Source: an uncultured Eubacteriales bacterium
Lineage (GTDB): Bacteria; Bacillota; Clostridia; Oscillospirales; Oscillospiraceae
NCBI GenBank assembly: GCA_900546515.1
Contig: URDG01000001.1
Location: 111,049-175,048 of the forward strand
Direction of reading: 5' to 3'
Length of the DNA stretch: 64,000 bases
The notes below the pieces were generated by a model. That model did no database searches. It was not told the origin of the DNA and was given only the letters and a program-made list of their open reading frames with translations. This document shows, one piece after another, positions 43,832 to 52,687 of this stretch (the stretch's first letter is position 1; each line of letters starts with the position of its first letter). The position numbers were made by a program, and so were the translations under genes.

Positions 43832-44517
43832 TTTCTTCTTTCCTTCCCAAGTTTATTTTTCTTTGCCGTAAATTCAAAATATATGCTCAATCCTAACGCG
43901 AGGGAAATTAGCGACCATATATGTGCCGGATGAATTCCCGAATAACTCGACTGCCTGAACCATTCGATAATAAAGCGGAATACACCGTATGCAATCATGT
44001 AGAGCGGGTATGCCGTACCCGGCGCTTTTGTCTTTAAAATTCTGCCGCCAAGCCATATAAGGAGCACGACGTAAAATACGATCTCAAGCTCACGCGTCGG
44101 CCAATAAAGCGTTGTGCCTTTAATTAGCAGGCCAGAACAGCAGCCGGAAATAAGGCAATTTATACGCGCACACATGAGTGTGAAAATTATACAGACTGTA
44201 AAAACATCAAAAACATCAGCCATTTTTCTCTTTGTCAGTTTCGCAAAGAGAAAATAGTAAAGCGGCATAAAAAACACACCGCCAAAGAGGCTCATATTTC
44301 CTGCGTTTGACATATCAAACCCAGTCTCAGCAACAGCAAACACTTTAACGCAAAGCACACCGCACGCAGTATGCAGAACGCTTGCCAATAGTGCAGTTAT
44401 GCGGTCGATTTTCAAGCGGTTGTTAAGCTTATACAGCCAGATATAGCCAGCAACGGTTGCAGTAGCAAGGAGCAGGACAAGCGTATGCTCACCTAGCCAC
44501 GAAAGCAGCGCAGTCAA
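43828..44517 (-). CDS. Prolipoprotein diacylglyceryl transferase (Lgt) family paralog
   Basis: 229-aa polytopic membrane protein. ARINCLISGCCSG, WPTRELE and YGVFRFIIEWFR correspond to the Lgt motifs GRIGxF..., PTQLYE and YxxxRFxxExxR. TTG start after GAGGAAG. The stop overlaps the ATG of the 2494-aa gene (ATGA). Confidence 0.7.
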   Translation of the reverse strand: MTALLSWLGEHTLVLLLATATVAGYIWLYKLNNRLKIDRITALLASVLHTACGVLCVKVFAVAETGFDMSNAGNMSLFGGVFFMPLYYFLFAKLTKRKMADVFDVFTVCIIFTLMCARINCLISGCCSGLLIKGTTLYWPTRELEIVFYVVLLIWLGGRILKTKAPGTAYPLYMIAYGVFRFIIEWFRQSSYSGIHPAHIWSLISLALGLSIYFEFTAKKNKLGKERRK

Positions 44518-44626
44518 AGGCAGTCACTTCCTCACGTATGGTCACTAAAGTTTTCTCCGCGGCGACAACTGCCCATTGAAGGAGAGAGGGCAGCTGCTGC
44601 CGGGAGAATTTAAAAGGAGTGTAGAA

Positions 44627-46200
44627 TCACAGAATTATTTTGCCATCGTCGGCAAAAGTATAGCTTTTTTCAGGCAGCAGTCCATTGGTCTTTGAGATCC
44701 AGTAATTTTTACCATGGATAACTTCGCATGATGAATTGACATAGTAATAATCATTATCTATTTTTATCAACCCAGCATAGGTCAGCTTGCCGTTCTCGTA
44801 GTAATACAGGCTGCCGTTCTCTGCAACTATACCGTTCTTTACTTCAGGAATGGGCGTCGGATCTACCGGCGTCGTCGGCACAGGTGTCGGATCTACCGGG
44901 GTCACAGGATCCGGGTCAAGTATCTTACCTGTCTCATCGAAGGTATAGCTCTTCTCCTTGAGCAGACCGTTGGTTTTCGTGATCCAGTATTTGCGTCCGT
45001 TTACGATCTCACCGCTGGTCTTTGCATAATAATAATTTCCGTCGATCTGGATAACACCGGCATAGGTCAGCTTGCCATTCACGTAGTAATACAGGCTGCC
45101 GTTCTCTGCAACTATACCGTTCTTTACCTCAGGAGTCGGCGTCGGGTCTACCGGGGTCGTCGGCACAGGTGTCGGAGTCGGCGTCGGCGTGCTGCCGAGA
45201 ACCATCTTACCGTCTTCATCGAACTCATAGCTGCCTTCCGGCATCAGGCCGTTAGTCTTGCTGATCCAATACTTCTGATTATGAATTACTTCGCAATTTG
45301 ATTTTACATAGTAGTAGCTGCCGTTGATCTCAATCAGGCCTGCATATGTCTTCACGCCGTCAACATAGTAATACCACGTTGTCTCGGTCTCTTTGACTAT
45401 TCCGTTTTTCGCCGGATCGGCAATTTCAGGATTTGTCATCCTTCCCTCTTCGTCAAAGTGATAGCTCTTTTCAGGCATCAGACCATTGGTCTTGCTGATC
45501 CAATAATCACGGTTTTTGATCATGTAATGATTGCTTGTAAAGTAATAGTAATAATCGCCAATCTTTACAAGTCCCGGAGAATCAACGCGCACACCATTAT
45601 TCACCAGGTATGTATAACCGTCTGTATGCGTATAAATGCCATCAACGTCCTTGAGCCATACACCGTTTTCGTCAAAGAGATATGTGCGAACCTCTCCGCC
45701 GTTCATGCCGATCACGCGGGCATTGTGGAACCCAGTGGCAAAGTATGCATCTCTGTCCGCATAGTAATTATTGCCGTCGAGTTCGATCCATCTGTTGCGT
45801 ACCCAATCCATTGCCCATCTGTATCTTGTGCCCTTTTCATTAGTGACAAGATCACCGCGCGTAAGCACCTTATTCACAAACAGGAAATGGAAAGACGAAA
45901 TCGTCTGTTCGCCATCTACCGCCTCAAACGTTTTTTCATTAAAGTAATAATAGTTGTCGCTGCCGTTTTCCGTGATCATGCGCCATCCGCTCTTGAGTTG
46001 GCCTTTATACGCATAATAGGTATTGCCGTCATACTCAAAGAGCCCTGTCACTTTGCCGATACAGTCACCGTTATTATCAAACCTGTACCAATATTTGGTT
46101 TCAGGATCTTCATGTCCCGGAACCTCGTTTATACCCGTAACCGGCTTATTGTTTACAAAATAGTACAGGGCCTCCCCTGCGCTCCACCAGCCTTCTCTGG
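44627..46200 (-). repeat. Cell-wall-binding repeat region with Pro/Thr linkers
   Basis: Four modules of about 65 aa (KNGIV.E.GSLYYY.NGKLTYAG.I.I...YYY....GE...G..YWI.KTNGL..E.SY.F...GK) are separated by TPVDPTPVPTTPVDPTP-type linkers. A DNA direct repeat, 44776-44895 versus 45061-45180, is roughly 90% identical by eye. Confidence 0.8.
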
Positions 46201-49200
46201 CCTTGCCATAGAGGTTAAACTCATCTTTGAAGCTGGCATAGGTCGAATAGAAGTGTCCGCCTTTAGGGTGCGTCGTATTCTCCGGCTCTTCATAAGGATA
46301 TATGCCATACTGCTCCTGGAAGTTTGTCTGGCTGGCCATGCTGTAAAGCGCATTTGCGCCGAGATATACGTCATAGCTGACAGAGCCTTCATTGATTATT
46401 GCAAGCAGGCCGTCTTTCCACTCGGCATCCTCTTTTGCAACAGCCTTAATACCACTGAGTATACAAATCGGATTCGCAGTCGCCGGATCAATTGCCTGAG
46501 ACTGTTTTACCCAGTTGCAAATAACGGTAATGTGATTTGTTGTCTCGTCAAGTGTGCAGCTTGTCAGCCGGAAATAATCATTGGAGACGTTTATATTGGA
46601 AACATCGACTTTCAGAGACGGGTCAATATCCAGCTCTATCTTGACCTCTGTTTTGCCGCTGACGCGCTCCGCCAATTGGAGCAGAAGATCCCAAGCTGTA
46701 ACATTGCTGATATCTCCGCCGGCAACCATTTTCAGGAGCGGCAGCAGCGAATCCGGGAACTTAATTTCCTTCATGTCGAGTGCAAAGACATATGAAATGT
46801 CCATCACGCCATTCGGGTCGTCAATGTAATAGGTTATATCATCGCTCGTTGTAGAGTTAGTGACCTCCCTGCGCCATGCAAGAGATCTGTCTCCGGAAGT
46901 GGCTGAGTCGAAGTCAAATACAGCCTCTCCATTTTTATAGAGATTCACATTGAGCTTTGCCGAGATGGAATAATCAGTCGCTATTGCAGCCGTAATCGTA
47001 ACCGATCTTATACCGGACGTCTCGTCGCCGGTAAATGCGAAACCATCAATCGTGCCGGCCGAAACACTGCTGAGAGTGAACTTGATATCTGCAGGATTGA
47101 TAGCGACAGGATTCCCGTTATAGGAAGCCGCAATGGGCAGTCCGGTCGATACACCATATATTGCACTTATGGTTTCTTTTGTAAAGGAGAGCTTGTCAGG
47201 CACAACGACGTTCAAAGTCTTGCTGCCAAGAGTTTTGCCGTCGGCCACAAGCATGACATCAGTGCTTCCCGTCTTTGCCGCAGTAAACACGCCCTCAGAA
47301 GTAACGCTGCCTATAGCAGGATCGCTGACCTGCCATACAGCATTTTCGGGAATATCTGCCGCGTTGCCGGACGTACTGACACCGACCGCAGTCAGACTGA
47401 CACTGCTGCCAACAGTGAGGTAATCACTGCCGGCGGAGATAACTGCATGGTCGAATTCTCTGGAAACAAAAGCTGTAGATGCGATCACAAGAGAGGAACT
47501 GACAGAACGCTCATATCCGTCTGACGGACGGTTTACAACAACTACACTGTCGCTGCCCTCAGGCTTTGCGTCAAAGGTCGACGAGCCGCCGCCGTCAAGG
47601 TTTATTGCGGTGACGCAGCCGGCTTCATACATGATCTGCGCCATTTCGGGGGCACTGCCGCCGGCAGAGAATGGTTCCTGTCTTCCATCAAGAACCATGA
47701 GTATGACCTTACCTTCGGCAGTTATACCGACACATGTGCGTGAGGCTCTGCTGTTATAATAGTCAGCAGTAGAATCAACGACTATCTCGCCATTTTTTAC
47801 AAGAAATACACTTCCGCCGACAGCCTCTTTAATGTTGTCCTTATTGGCATAATATTCCGACGGACTGCCAATGATAGGTGTACCATCCTTGAGTATGCCG
47901 AAAAAGTTCTCATTGCTTGCCGGGCTGTATTCATGTCCATTCATAACGAGCGCGCCGACCGGTTCGCCGGTACTCATGTTATAAAAGTCCGCATTCACGC
48001 CGACTATAGCTTTGAAGTTCTCTATATAATTTTCCTCATTCGTCGAGTCAGAGTGTTTTGCTTCAAGCGCAGCCATCTGATCGGATACACGAGCCATGGC
48101 CCAGCCTGAACCGGGCTCAGCATTATGATAGTTAGCGTAGATATTGACATCGTCTCTTGCAACATCCGCTGATGCGATATAATAAACGATCTGCTTGTCA
48201 TCGGCGGTCATCGCATAATTTATAGTCTGCTCAATGCCTGGTGCAAGAACAGAGCTTGTGCTGGAAAAAACTGAGTAGAACTTATTGTCGGGCTCCTCTG
48301 GATCGGGACTGGGACTGGGACCGGGATCCGGAGTCGGTGTCGGGTCTACTTCGCCTTTAAGCTTGTCCTTGCCGTTTTCATAGCACCAATCCGCAAAGAC
48401 ATTGCAGCATGCTTCACGCAGGCTCGACTCACCGCTTATTCCCCGGTCTGCCTCGAGCGTCTGGCATCCTAGGTCAACACTGTATGTATCAAAAATGACT
48501 TTACGCACATCGTCGGCACTGCTGAATACGCTTGTGCTGAAACGATTATTGAGGAAATATGCCGCACGCGTCTCATCATTAAGCGCCGCTGTAAAATATC
48601 CGGCGAAAATATCGCTTAAGTTTGCGCCGGAGTTTGCCTTAATCGCAGCATAAATATAGAAAGAATCAAAATCTCCGTACAGATCTATTACGCCAAAGGA
48701 ATGTGCGCTCGGATCATCGACCAGAAAGTACTTTTCACGTACTTCGGCTGTCAGCGCTTCAGTTTCTGCTGCACTAGTCCCTTTATTATGCGAATATTCC
48801 ATGAGATCGCAGATATCGCCTGCCCAGCTTCCAAGGTCAATATTGTTGGCATTGTAGAGCGACATGTTAAGCGAACCGAACATATGCGCAAAATCAGCCG
48901 TATTGCCATTAGGCAGCACGAACTCCGGCAGGCTCCTCAACGCCTGACCGGCATTAGTTTTGTTCACTTCATCCTGCTCAGCAACATAGTTTATAAAGTC
49001 CGTGTTTGGTGCGCCAGCCATGACATTCCATTTATCGGTCGTATATTTTTCAACGCCGGTACGGATATAGTTGACGACAAGCAACACGGGATCTCCGCCG
49101 TACTGCTCAGCAAAAGAAGCTGCATAGACTTCAAGCTTCTGCAGACAATACATAAAGCTCTCATAGCTGTTGACGCTAACGCTCTCTGTTACAGCCTCCG

Positions 49201-49498
49201 CTTCATCTTCGCCGGCATCAAGAATATCCGCGTCTTCTTCAACGGAACCATCGTCAATAGTGCCGTCGGGCGTAGCAACAGGTTCCGTGGTAGGCTCAAG
49301 AGTCGGTTCGGGAGTTACCTCCGGTGTCGGCTCTACATCCGGCGTGACCTCCGGTACCTCAACTTCAGGTACGGGAGTGGCCACAATTTCGTCATTCGGC
49401 ACATCGTCCGCAAATGCCGATGCCGGGGCAACAACGCTCAACATCAGCACAAGGGCGAGAAATGCAGAAAGACGTCTTATGGCTTTCTTACTACTCAT
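44627..49498 (-). CDS. Secreted wall-binding protein with phosphodiester glycosidase (NAGPA-like) domain (1623 aa)
   Basis: Signal peptide ...VAPASA-FA and a Pro/Glu/Thr-rich linker precede an unassigned domain of about 300 aa. The NAGPA-like core includes NADFYN..., LVMNGHEY and TAINLDGGGSSTF. A Big_2-like Ig domain (VWQVSDPAIGSVTSEGVFTAAKTGSTDV) follows. The C-terminal ~525 aa are wall-binding repeats with PT linkers. Confidence 0.85.
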   Translation of the reverse strand: MSSKKAIRRLSAFLALVLMLSVVAPASAFADDVPNDEIVATPVPEVEVPEVTPDVEPTPEVTPEPTLEPTTEPVATPDGTIDDGSVEEDADILDAGEDEAEAVTESVSVNSYESFMYCLQKLEVYAASFAEQYGGDPVLLVVNYIRTGVEKYTTDKWNVMAGAPNTDFINYVAEQDEVNKTNAGQALRSLPEFVLPNGNTADFAHMFGSLNMSLYNANNIDLGSWAGDICDLMEYSHNKGTSAAETEALTAEVREKYFLVDDPSAHSFGVIDLYGDFDSFYIYAAIKANSGANLSDIFAGYFTAALNDETRAAYFLNNRFSTSVFSSADDVRKVIFDTYSVDLGCQTLEADRGISGESSLREACCNVFADWCYENGKDKLKGEVDPTPTPDPGPSPSPDPEEPDNKFYSVFSSTSSVLAPGIEQTINYAMTADDKQIVYYIASADVARDDVNIYANYHNAEPGSGWAMARVSDQMAALEAKHSDSTNEENYIENFKAIVGVNADFYNMSTGEPVGALVMNGHEYSPASNENFFGILKDGTPIIGSPSEYYANKDNIKEAVGGSVFLVKNGEIVVDSTADYYNSRASRTCVGITAEGKVILMVLDGRQEPFSAGGSAPEMAQIMYEAGCVTAINLDGGGSSTFDAKPEGSDSVVVVNRPSDGYERSVSSSLVIASTAFVSREFDHAVISAGSDYLTVGSSVSLTAVGVSTSGNAADIPENAVWQVSDPAIGSVTSEGVFTAAKTGSTDVMLVADGKTLGSKTLNVVVPDKLSFTKETISAIYGVSTGLPIAASYNGNPVAINPADIKFTLSSVSAGTIDGFAFTGDETSGIRSVTITAAIATDYSISAKLNVNLYKNGEAVFDFDSATSGDRSLAWRREVTNSTTSDDITYYIDDPNGVMDISYVFALDMKEIKFPDSLLPLLKMVAGGDISNVTAWDLLLQLAERVSGKTEVKIELDIDPSLKVDVSNINVSNDYFRLTSCTLDETTNHITVICNWVKQSQAIDPATANPICILSGIKAVAKEDAEWKDGLLAIINEGSVSYDVYLGANALYSMASQTNFQEQYGIYPYEEPENTTHPKGGHFYSTYASFKDEFNLYGKAREGWWSAGEALYYFVNNKPVTGINEVPGHEDPETKYWYRFDNNGDCIGKVTGLFEYDGNTYYAYKGQLKSGWRMITENGSDNYYYFNEKTFEAVDGEQTISSFHFLFVNKVLTRGDLVTNEKGTRYRWAMDWVRNRWIELDGNNYYADRDAYFATGFHNARVIGMNGGEVRTYLFDENGVWLKDVDGIYTHTDGYTYLVNNGVRVDSPGLVKIGDYYYYFTSNHYMIKNRDYWISKTNGLMPEKSYHFDEEGRMTNPEIADPAKNGIVKETETTWYYYVDGVKTYAGLIEINGSYYYVKSNCEVIHNQKYWISKTNGLMPEGSYEFDEDGKMVLGSTPTPTPTPVPTTPVDPTPTPEVKNGIVAENGSLYYYVNGKLTYAGVIQIDGNYYYAKTSGEIVNGRKYWITKTNGLLKEKSYTFDETGKILDPDPVTPVDPTPVPTTPVDPTPIPEVKNGIVAENGSLYYYENGKLTYAGLIKIDNDYYYVNSSCEVIHGKNYWISKTNGLLPEKSYTFADDGKIIL

Positions 49499-49531
49499 CT
49501 ACTTTTTCCTCGCTTTCCTTAAAAAAACAAA

Positions 49532-50023
49532 TTATTTTAAATGATCGAGTACAAAATTGACATCCTCTTGCATCGCATAGAGGCGGTTTATCTGATCCTC
49601 GGTCAATGCATTGCCTGGATCAACTTCTTGCAGCGAAACAAGCACCTCGCGCTGCACTCCATCCGGTCCGGTCAATTTTCCGGACTCAGCACCGGAGCCG
49701 CTCCCAACCGAAACAGTAAAGAGTGGGAAGTCGGTTTTATTTATGTTCGCAATAAAGCGTACTTCCACGCTGTTATCAGTCTCTTCGATCTCGGTCTTCA
49801 TAAATTCAGACCACTGTTCATTGTAGTAGAGCGTTCCGAACTTGGTTTCAACCGGGACAAGCTCCGGATCCAACGGCTCTTCAGTCTGCTGGACATCCGC
49901 CGGAGAATCAGTCTGGGCAGCTGGCTGTGCCGTCGGCTGTGCATCTGCCTTCTGCTGACCGCATCCGGTAAGGCATGATACAAGGATCAGTGCGCAAACC
50001 GCAGTAAGTAAAAATTTTTTCAT
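49532..50023 (-). CDS. Lipoprotein of unknown function
   Basis: MKKFLLTAVCALILVSCLTGC-GQQ has a lipobox, followed by a low-complexity Q/A/P linker. The start is trimmed to the Met after GGAGAA. Confidence 0.7.
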   Translation of the reverse strand: MKKFLLTAVCALILVSCLTGCGQQKADAQPTAQPAAQTDSPADVQQTEEPLDPELVPVETKFGTLYYNEQWSEFMKTEIEETDNSVEVRFIANINKTDFPLFTVSVGSGSGAESGKLTGPDGVQREVLVSLQEVDPGNALTEDQINRLYAMQEDVNFVLDHLK

Positions 50024-50050
50024 GTTTTCTCCTTCCATTTAAGTCATTAA

Positions 50051-50944
50051 CTATCTGATACTGCGCGTAAGCACACTAAATTTCATACTTCGCTGCAGCT
50101 CAATGTATTTTTCATACGAATTATGCAGATCAACTATTTCGCCGTGGACCTTTTTTTCTCGCTGGGCCGCCGGCGGCAGAGTCATATAATCTCCGTACAG
50201 GCGGGTGAGCAGTTCAGTATAATGTGAACTGACAGGAAAACTCGCATCCTCAAAGCCGATTAACACGCTTTCAGTCAGCCATCTGCGTGGGAATATACTT
50301 TTTTTATATTTTGACGACGCCGCAAAGAAACTGTGAACCATTGCAGAGTCTGCTTCCTGCCTATTCAAAACGAACTCATGGAGTTTCTTTGTAGGAAACG
50401 GGGCAGCTAAAAGAATGAAAAGCTTCTTTACCAGACTTTTCGTGATATATCCTCGCGCATTCAGACATTTTGCTATAACCAGCTTAGAAGCTATAAACTG
50501 CAATTTTCTTTTCAATATATTATCTGCGAGATTGTCGCATGGGAATATATCTACATATATTCCCTGATGCTGCTTAATGTCCTTAGGATGAGTACGCTCA
50601 ATGCACGCTGTATTATTTTTTCGCAGCTTTGAAAAAAACATCGGCCAATGCTCCGAAAACTCGCATTGCAAGTAGTACACATCAGTATCGAGTTCTTTTT
50701 CAGCAACAGAAAGAAAGCGTTCATATTCCGGCCGCATCATCACCACATCCAGATCATCATCCCATGGAATAAAGCCGCCGTGCCGTACAGCGCCAAGTGC
50801 AGTACCCGCAAAGAGCATATATTTTATGTCGTATTTTTTGCATATTCGGTCTATATTCTTGAGCATGTCCAAAAGAACAAGCTGATGCTCACGGAGAGTA
50901 TATGAATTAATAGCTGCTTCTCGTTTGTCCATGTCTCTTTTCAT
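50051..50944 (-). CDS. licD: LicD family phosphotransferase
   Basis: LFAGTALGAVRHGGFIPWDDDLDVVM and DIFPCD motifs are typical of LicD/fukutin-type nucleotidyl/phospho-alcohol transferases. It overlaps the upstream GT2 stop. Confidence 0.85.
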   Translation of the reverse strand: MKRDMDKREAAINSYTLREHQLVLLDMLKNIDRICKKYDIKYMLFAGTALGAVRHGGFIPWDDDLDVVMMRPEYERFLSVAEKELDTDVYYLQCEFSEHWPMFFSKLRKNNTACIERTHPKDIKQHQGIYVDIFPCDNLADNILKRKLQFIASKLVIAKCLNARGYITKSLVKKLFILLAAPFPTKKLHEFVLNRQEADSAMVHSFFAASSKYKKSIFPRRWLTESVLIGFEDASFPVSSHYTELLTRLYGDYMTLPPAAQREKKVHGEIVDLHNSYEKYIELQRSMKFSVLTRSIR

Positions 50945-51699
50945 AAAGCATATTTCTTAAGTCCGGCCCACGCATATGCTGTCATATATTTTATACTGTC
51001 CCACAACGGAAGATGAAGAGCATCTCTATAAATTTTCCACCTATTGCACGCACTCTTTAATTTGTCATCGGAGCGTGATCCCCTAAGTCTTCTATACTGC
51101 GCAAGGACCTCACTTGTTCCAACAGCACAGTGACCATCCTTGAGAAGTTGAAGCCACAAATAATAATCTTCATGGTATATATCCTCACGGAACTTGTATT
51201 TCAAAAGCAAGTCCCTCTTAATCATTACTGTCGAGCAACTCATCACGCTTTTTCTCAGCATATCGTTGAAGCTCACTTTTTCTTCAACAATAAAATCCGG
51301 CCTGCACTTAATGCCATCACTGTCTATAATTCCGTAAGAACAATACACGATATCTGCTTCTGCTTTTTTTATAAATTTCAGTTGATGCTCAAGTTTTGAA
51401 GGTAACCATATGTCGTCAGAATCAAGAAGCGCAATATATTCCCCGCAGCAAAAGTTCAATGCAATGTTTCTGCTATGAGCTGCCCCCATATTTTTTTCAT
51501 TAAATATTTTTTTTATCCTGCTATCTGTTTCTGCAAACTCGCTGATTATAGATGGTGTATTATCTGTCGACCGATCATCGATAATTATCAGCTCCCAGTT
51601 CTCGTATGTTTGGGCTAAAACAGATTTGATCGCATCTTTAATATAGTCCTCCGCATTGTACGCAGGCATCAATACCGAGATCAAGGGATCGTTATACAT
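50941..51699 (-). CDS. Glycosyltransferase family 2
   Basis: ISVLMPAYNAEDYI...IIDDRSTDNT...LDSDD is the GT-A DxD pattern. Confidence 0.88.
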   Translation of the reverse strand: MYNDPLISVLMPAYNAEDYIKDAIKSVLAQTYENWELIIIDDRSTDNTPSIISEFAETDSRIKKIFNEKNMGAAHSRNIALNFCCGEYIALLDSDDIWLPSKLEHQLKFIKKAEADIVYCSYGIIDSDGIKCRPDFIVEEKVSFNDMLRKSVMSCSTVMIKRDLLLKYKFREDIYHEDYYLWLQLLKDGHCAVGTSEVLAQYRRLRGSRSDDKLKSACNRWKIYRDALHLPLWDSIKYMTAYAWAGLKKYAL

Positions 51700-51777
51700 T
51701 TACTGTTCTCCATCATCAGTCTATAAATATATATACTATTTTTTGGTGCAGTAAAAACTCACTACATGCTGCGTAGA

Positions 51778-52434
51778 CTAAAAAGCACCATCGTGGGTAA
51801 ATATCACCTTAACTGTTCGAATTATACATTTTATATCAAAAGAAAATGATCTTTTATTTATATATTCAAGATCGTAATGTAATTTCTCTTCTGGAGTTAA
51901 TCTATACCCTCCATTGACCTGTGCCCATCCTGTTATACCCGGTGTAACTGCAAGCCGCTTAGAAAAACCATTTATGTATTCTGAAAATTCGTTATAAAAA
52001 AACTCTCGCTCAGGTCTTGGGCCAACAAGACTCATCTCCCCCTTTATTACATTTATGAGTTGCGGGAGTTCATCTAAATGTCTTTTTCTAATAAAACGCC
52101 CAAATTTTGTGCATCTACAGTCATTCACCTGTGCCCACTGCGGCCCAGAAACTTCTGCATTTAAATGCATTGACCTGAATTTATATAATGTAAAAGGAAT
52201 TCCATAGCGCCCAAGCCGCTCCTGCTTGTATATTCCAGCACCAGGAGAATCCAGCTTAATAATCACATCCAAAATAATCATTGGCACAATCAAAATCACG
52301 AGAAGCAGCACTGATACCACAACATCAAATAATCTTTTGACAGCTTCGTACATGGCCTTATCATCATATGTATCCTGAGATGTGCCCGTAATATCAGCAT
52401 AATATTTTTCTTTTACCGCATTCCCTGTAGCCAT
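51778..52434 (-). CDS. Undecaprenyl-phosphate sugar phosphotransferase (small bacterial sugar transferase, priming enzyme)
   Basis: KRLFDVVVS...YKQERLG..FTLYKFRSM...DELPQLINVIKGEMSLVGPRP are present. The start is trimmed to MATGN... because the upstream part of the listed ORF contains two palindromic hairpins. Confidence 0.85.
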   Translation of the reverse strand: MATGNAVKEKYYADITGTSQDTYDDKAMYEAVKRLFDVVVSVLLLVILIVPMIILDVIIKLDSPGAGIYKQERLGRYGIPFTLYKFRSMHLNAEVSGPQWAQVNDCRCTKFGRFIRKRHLDELPQLINVIKGEMSLVGPRPEREFFYNEFSEYINGFSKRLAVTPGITGWAQVNGGYRLTPEEKLHYDLEYINKRSFSFDIKCIIRTVKVIFTHDGAF

Positions 52435-52687
52435 CGTCGATAAAACCTTTCGCAATCGTAAAACACAAAATCCAAGGAGAAAATAAGCTTTACTGTCTTT
52501 CGTCATAGACGAAAGACAGTCTGTCCGGACAGACTGCGCATCCATAAAGTAACATATTTTGTATGTGTAGACTATAACATTTGCTTCTCAACTAGTCAAT
52601 ATATTAATTCAACTTTTTGCCTATTTACAGCCGTAAGCCTATTTTATTGATTGAAAAAATACATTATGTAAACAGGCAGGCATCCGG

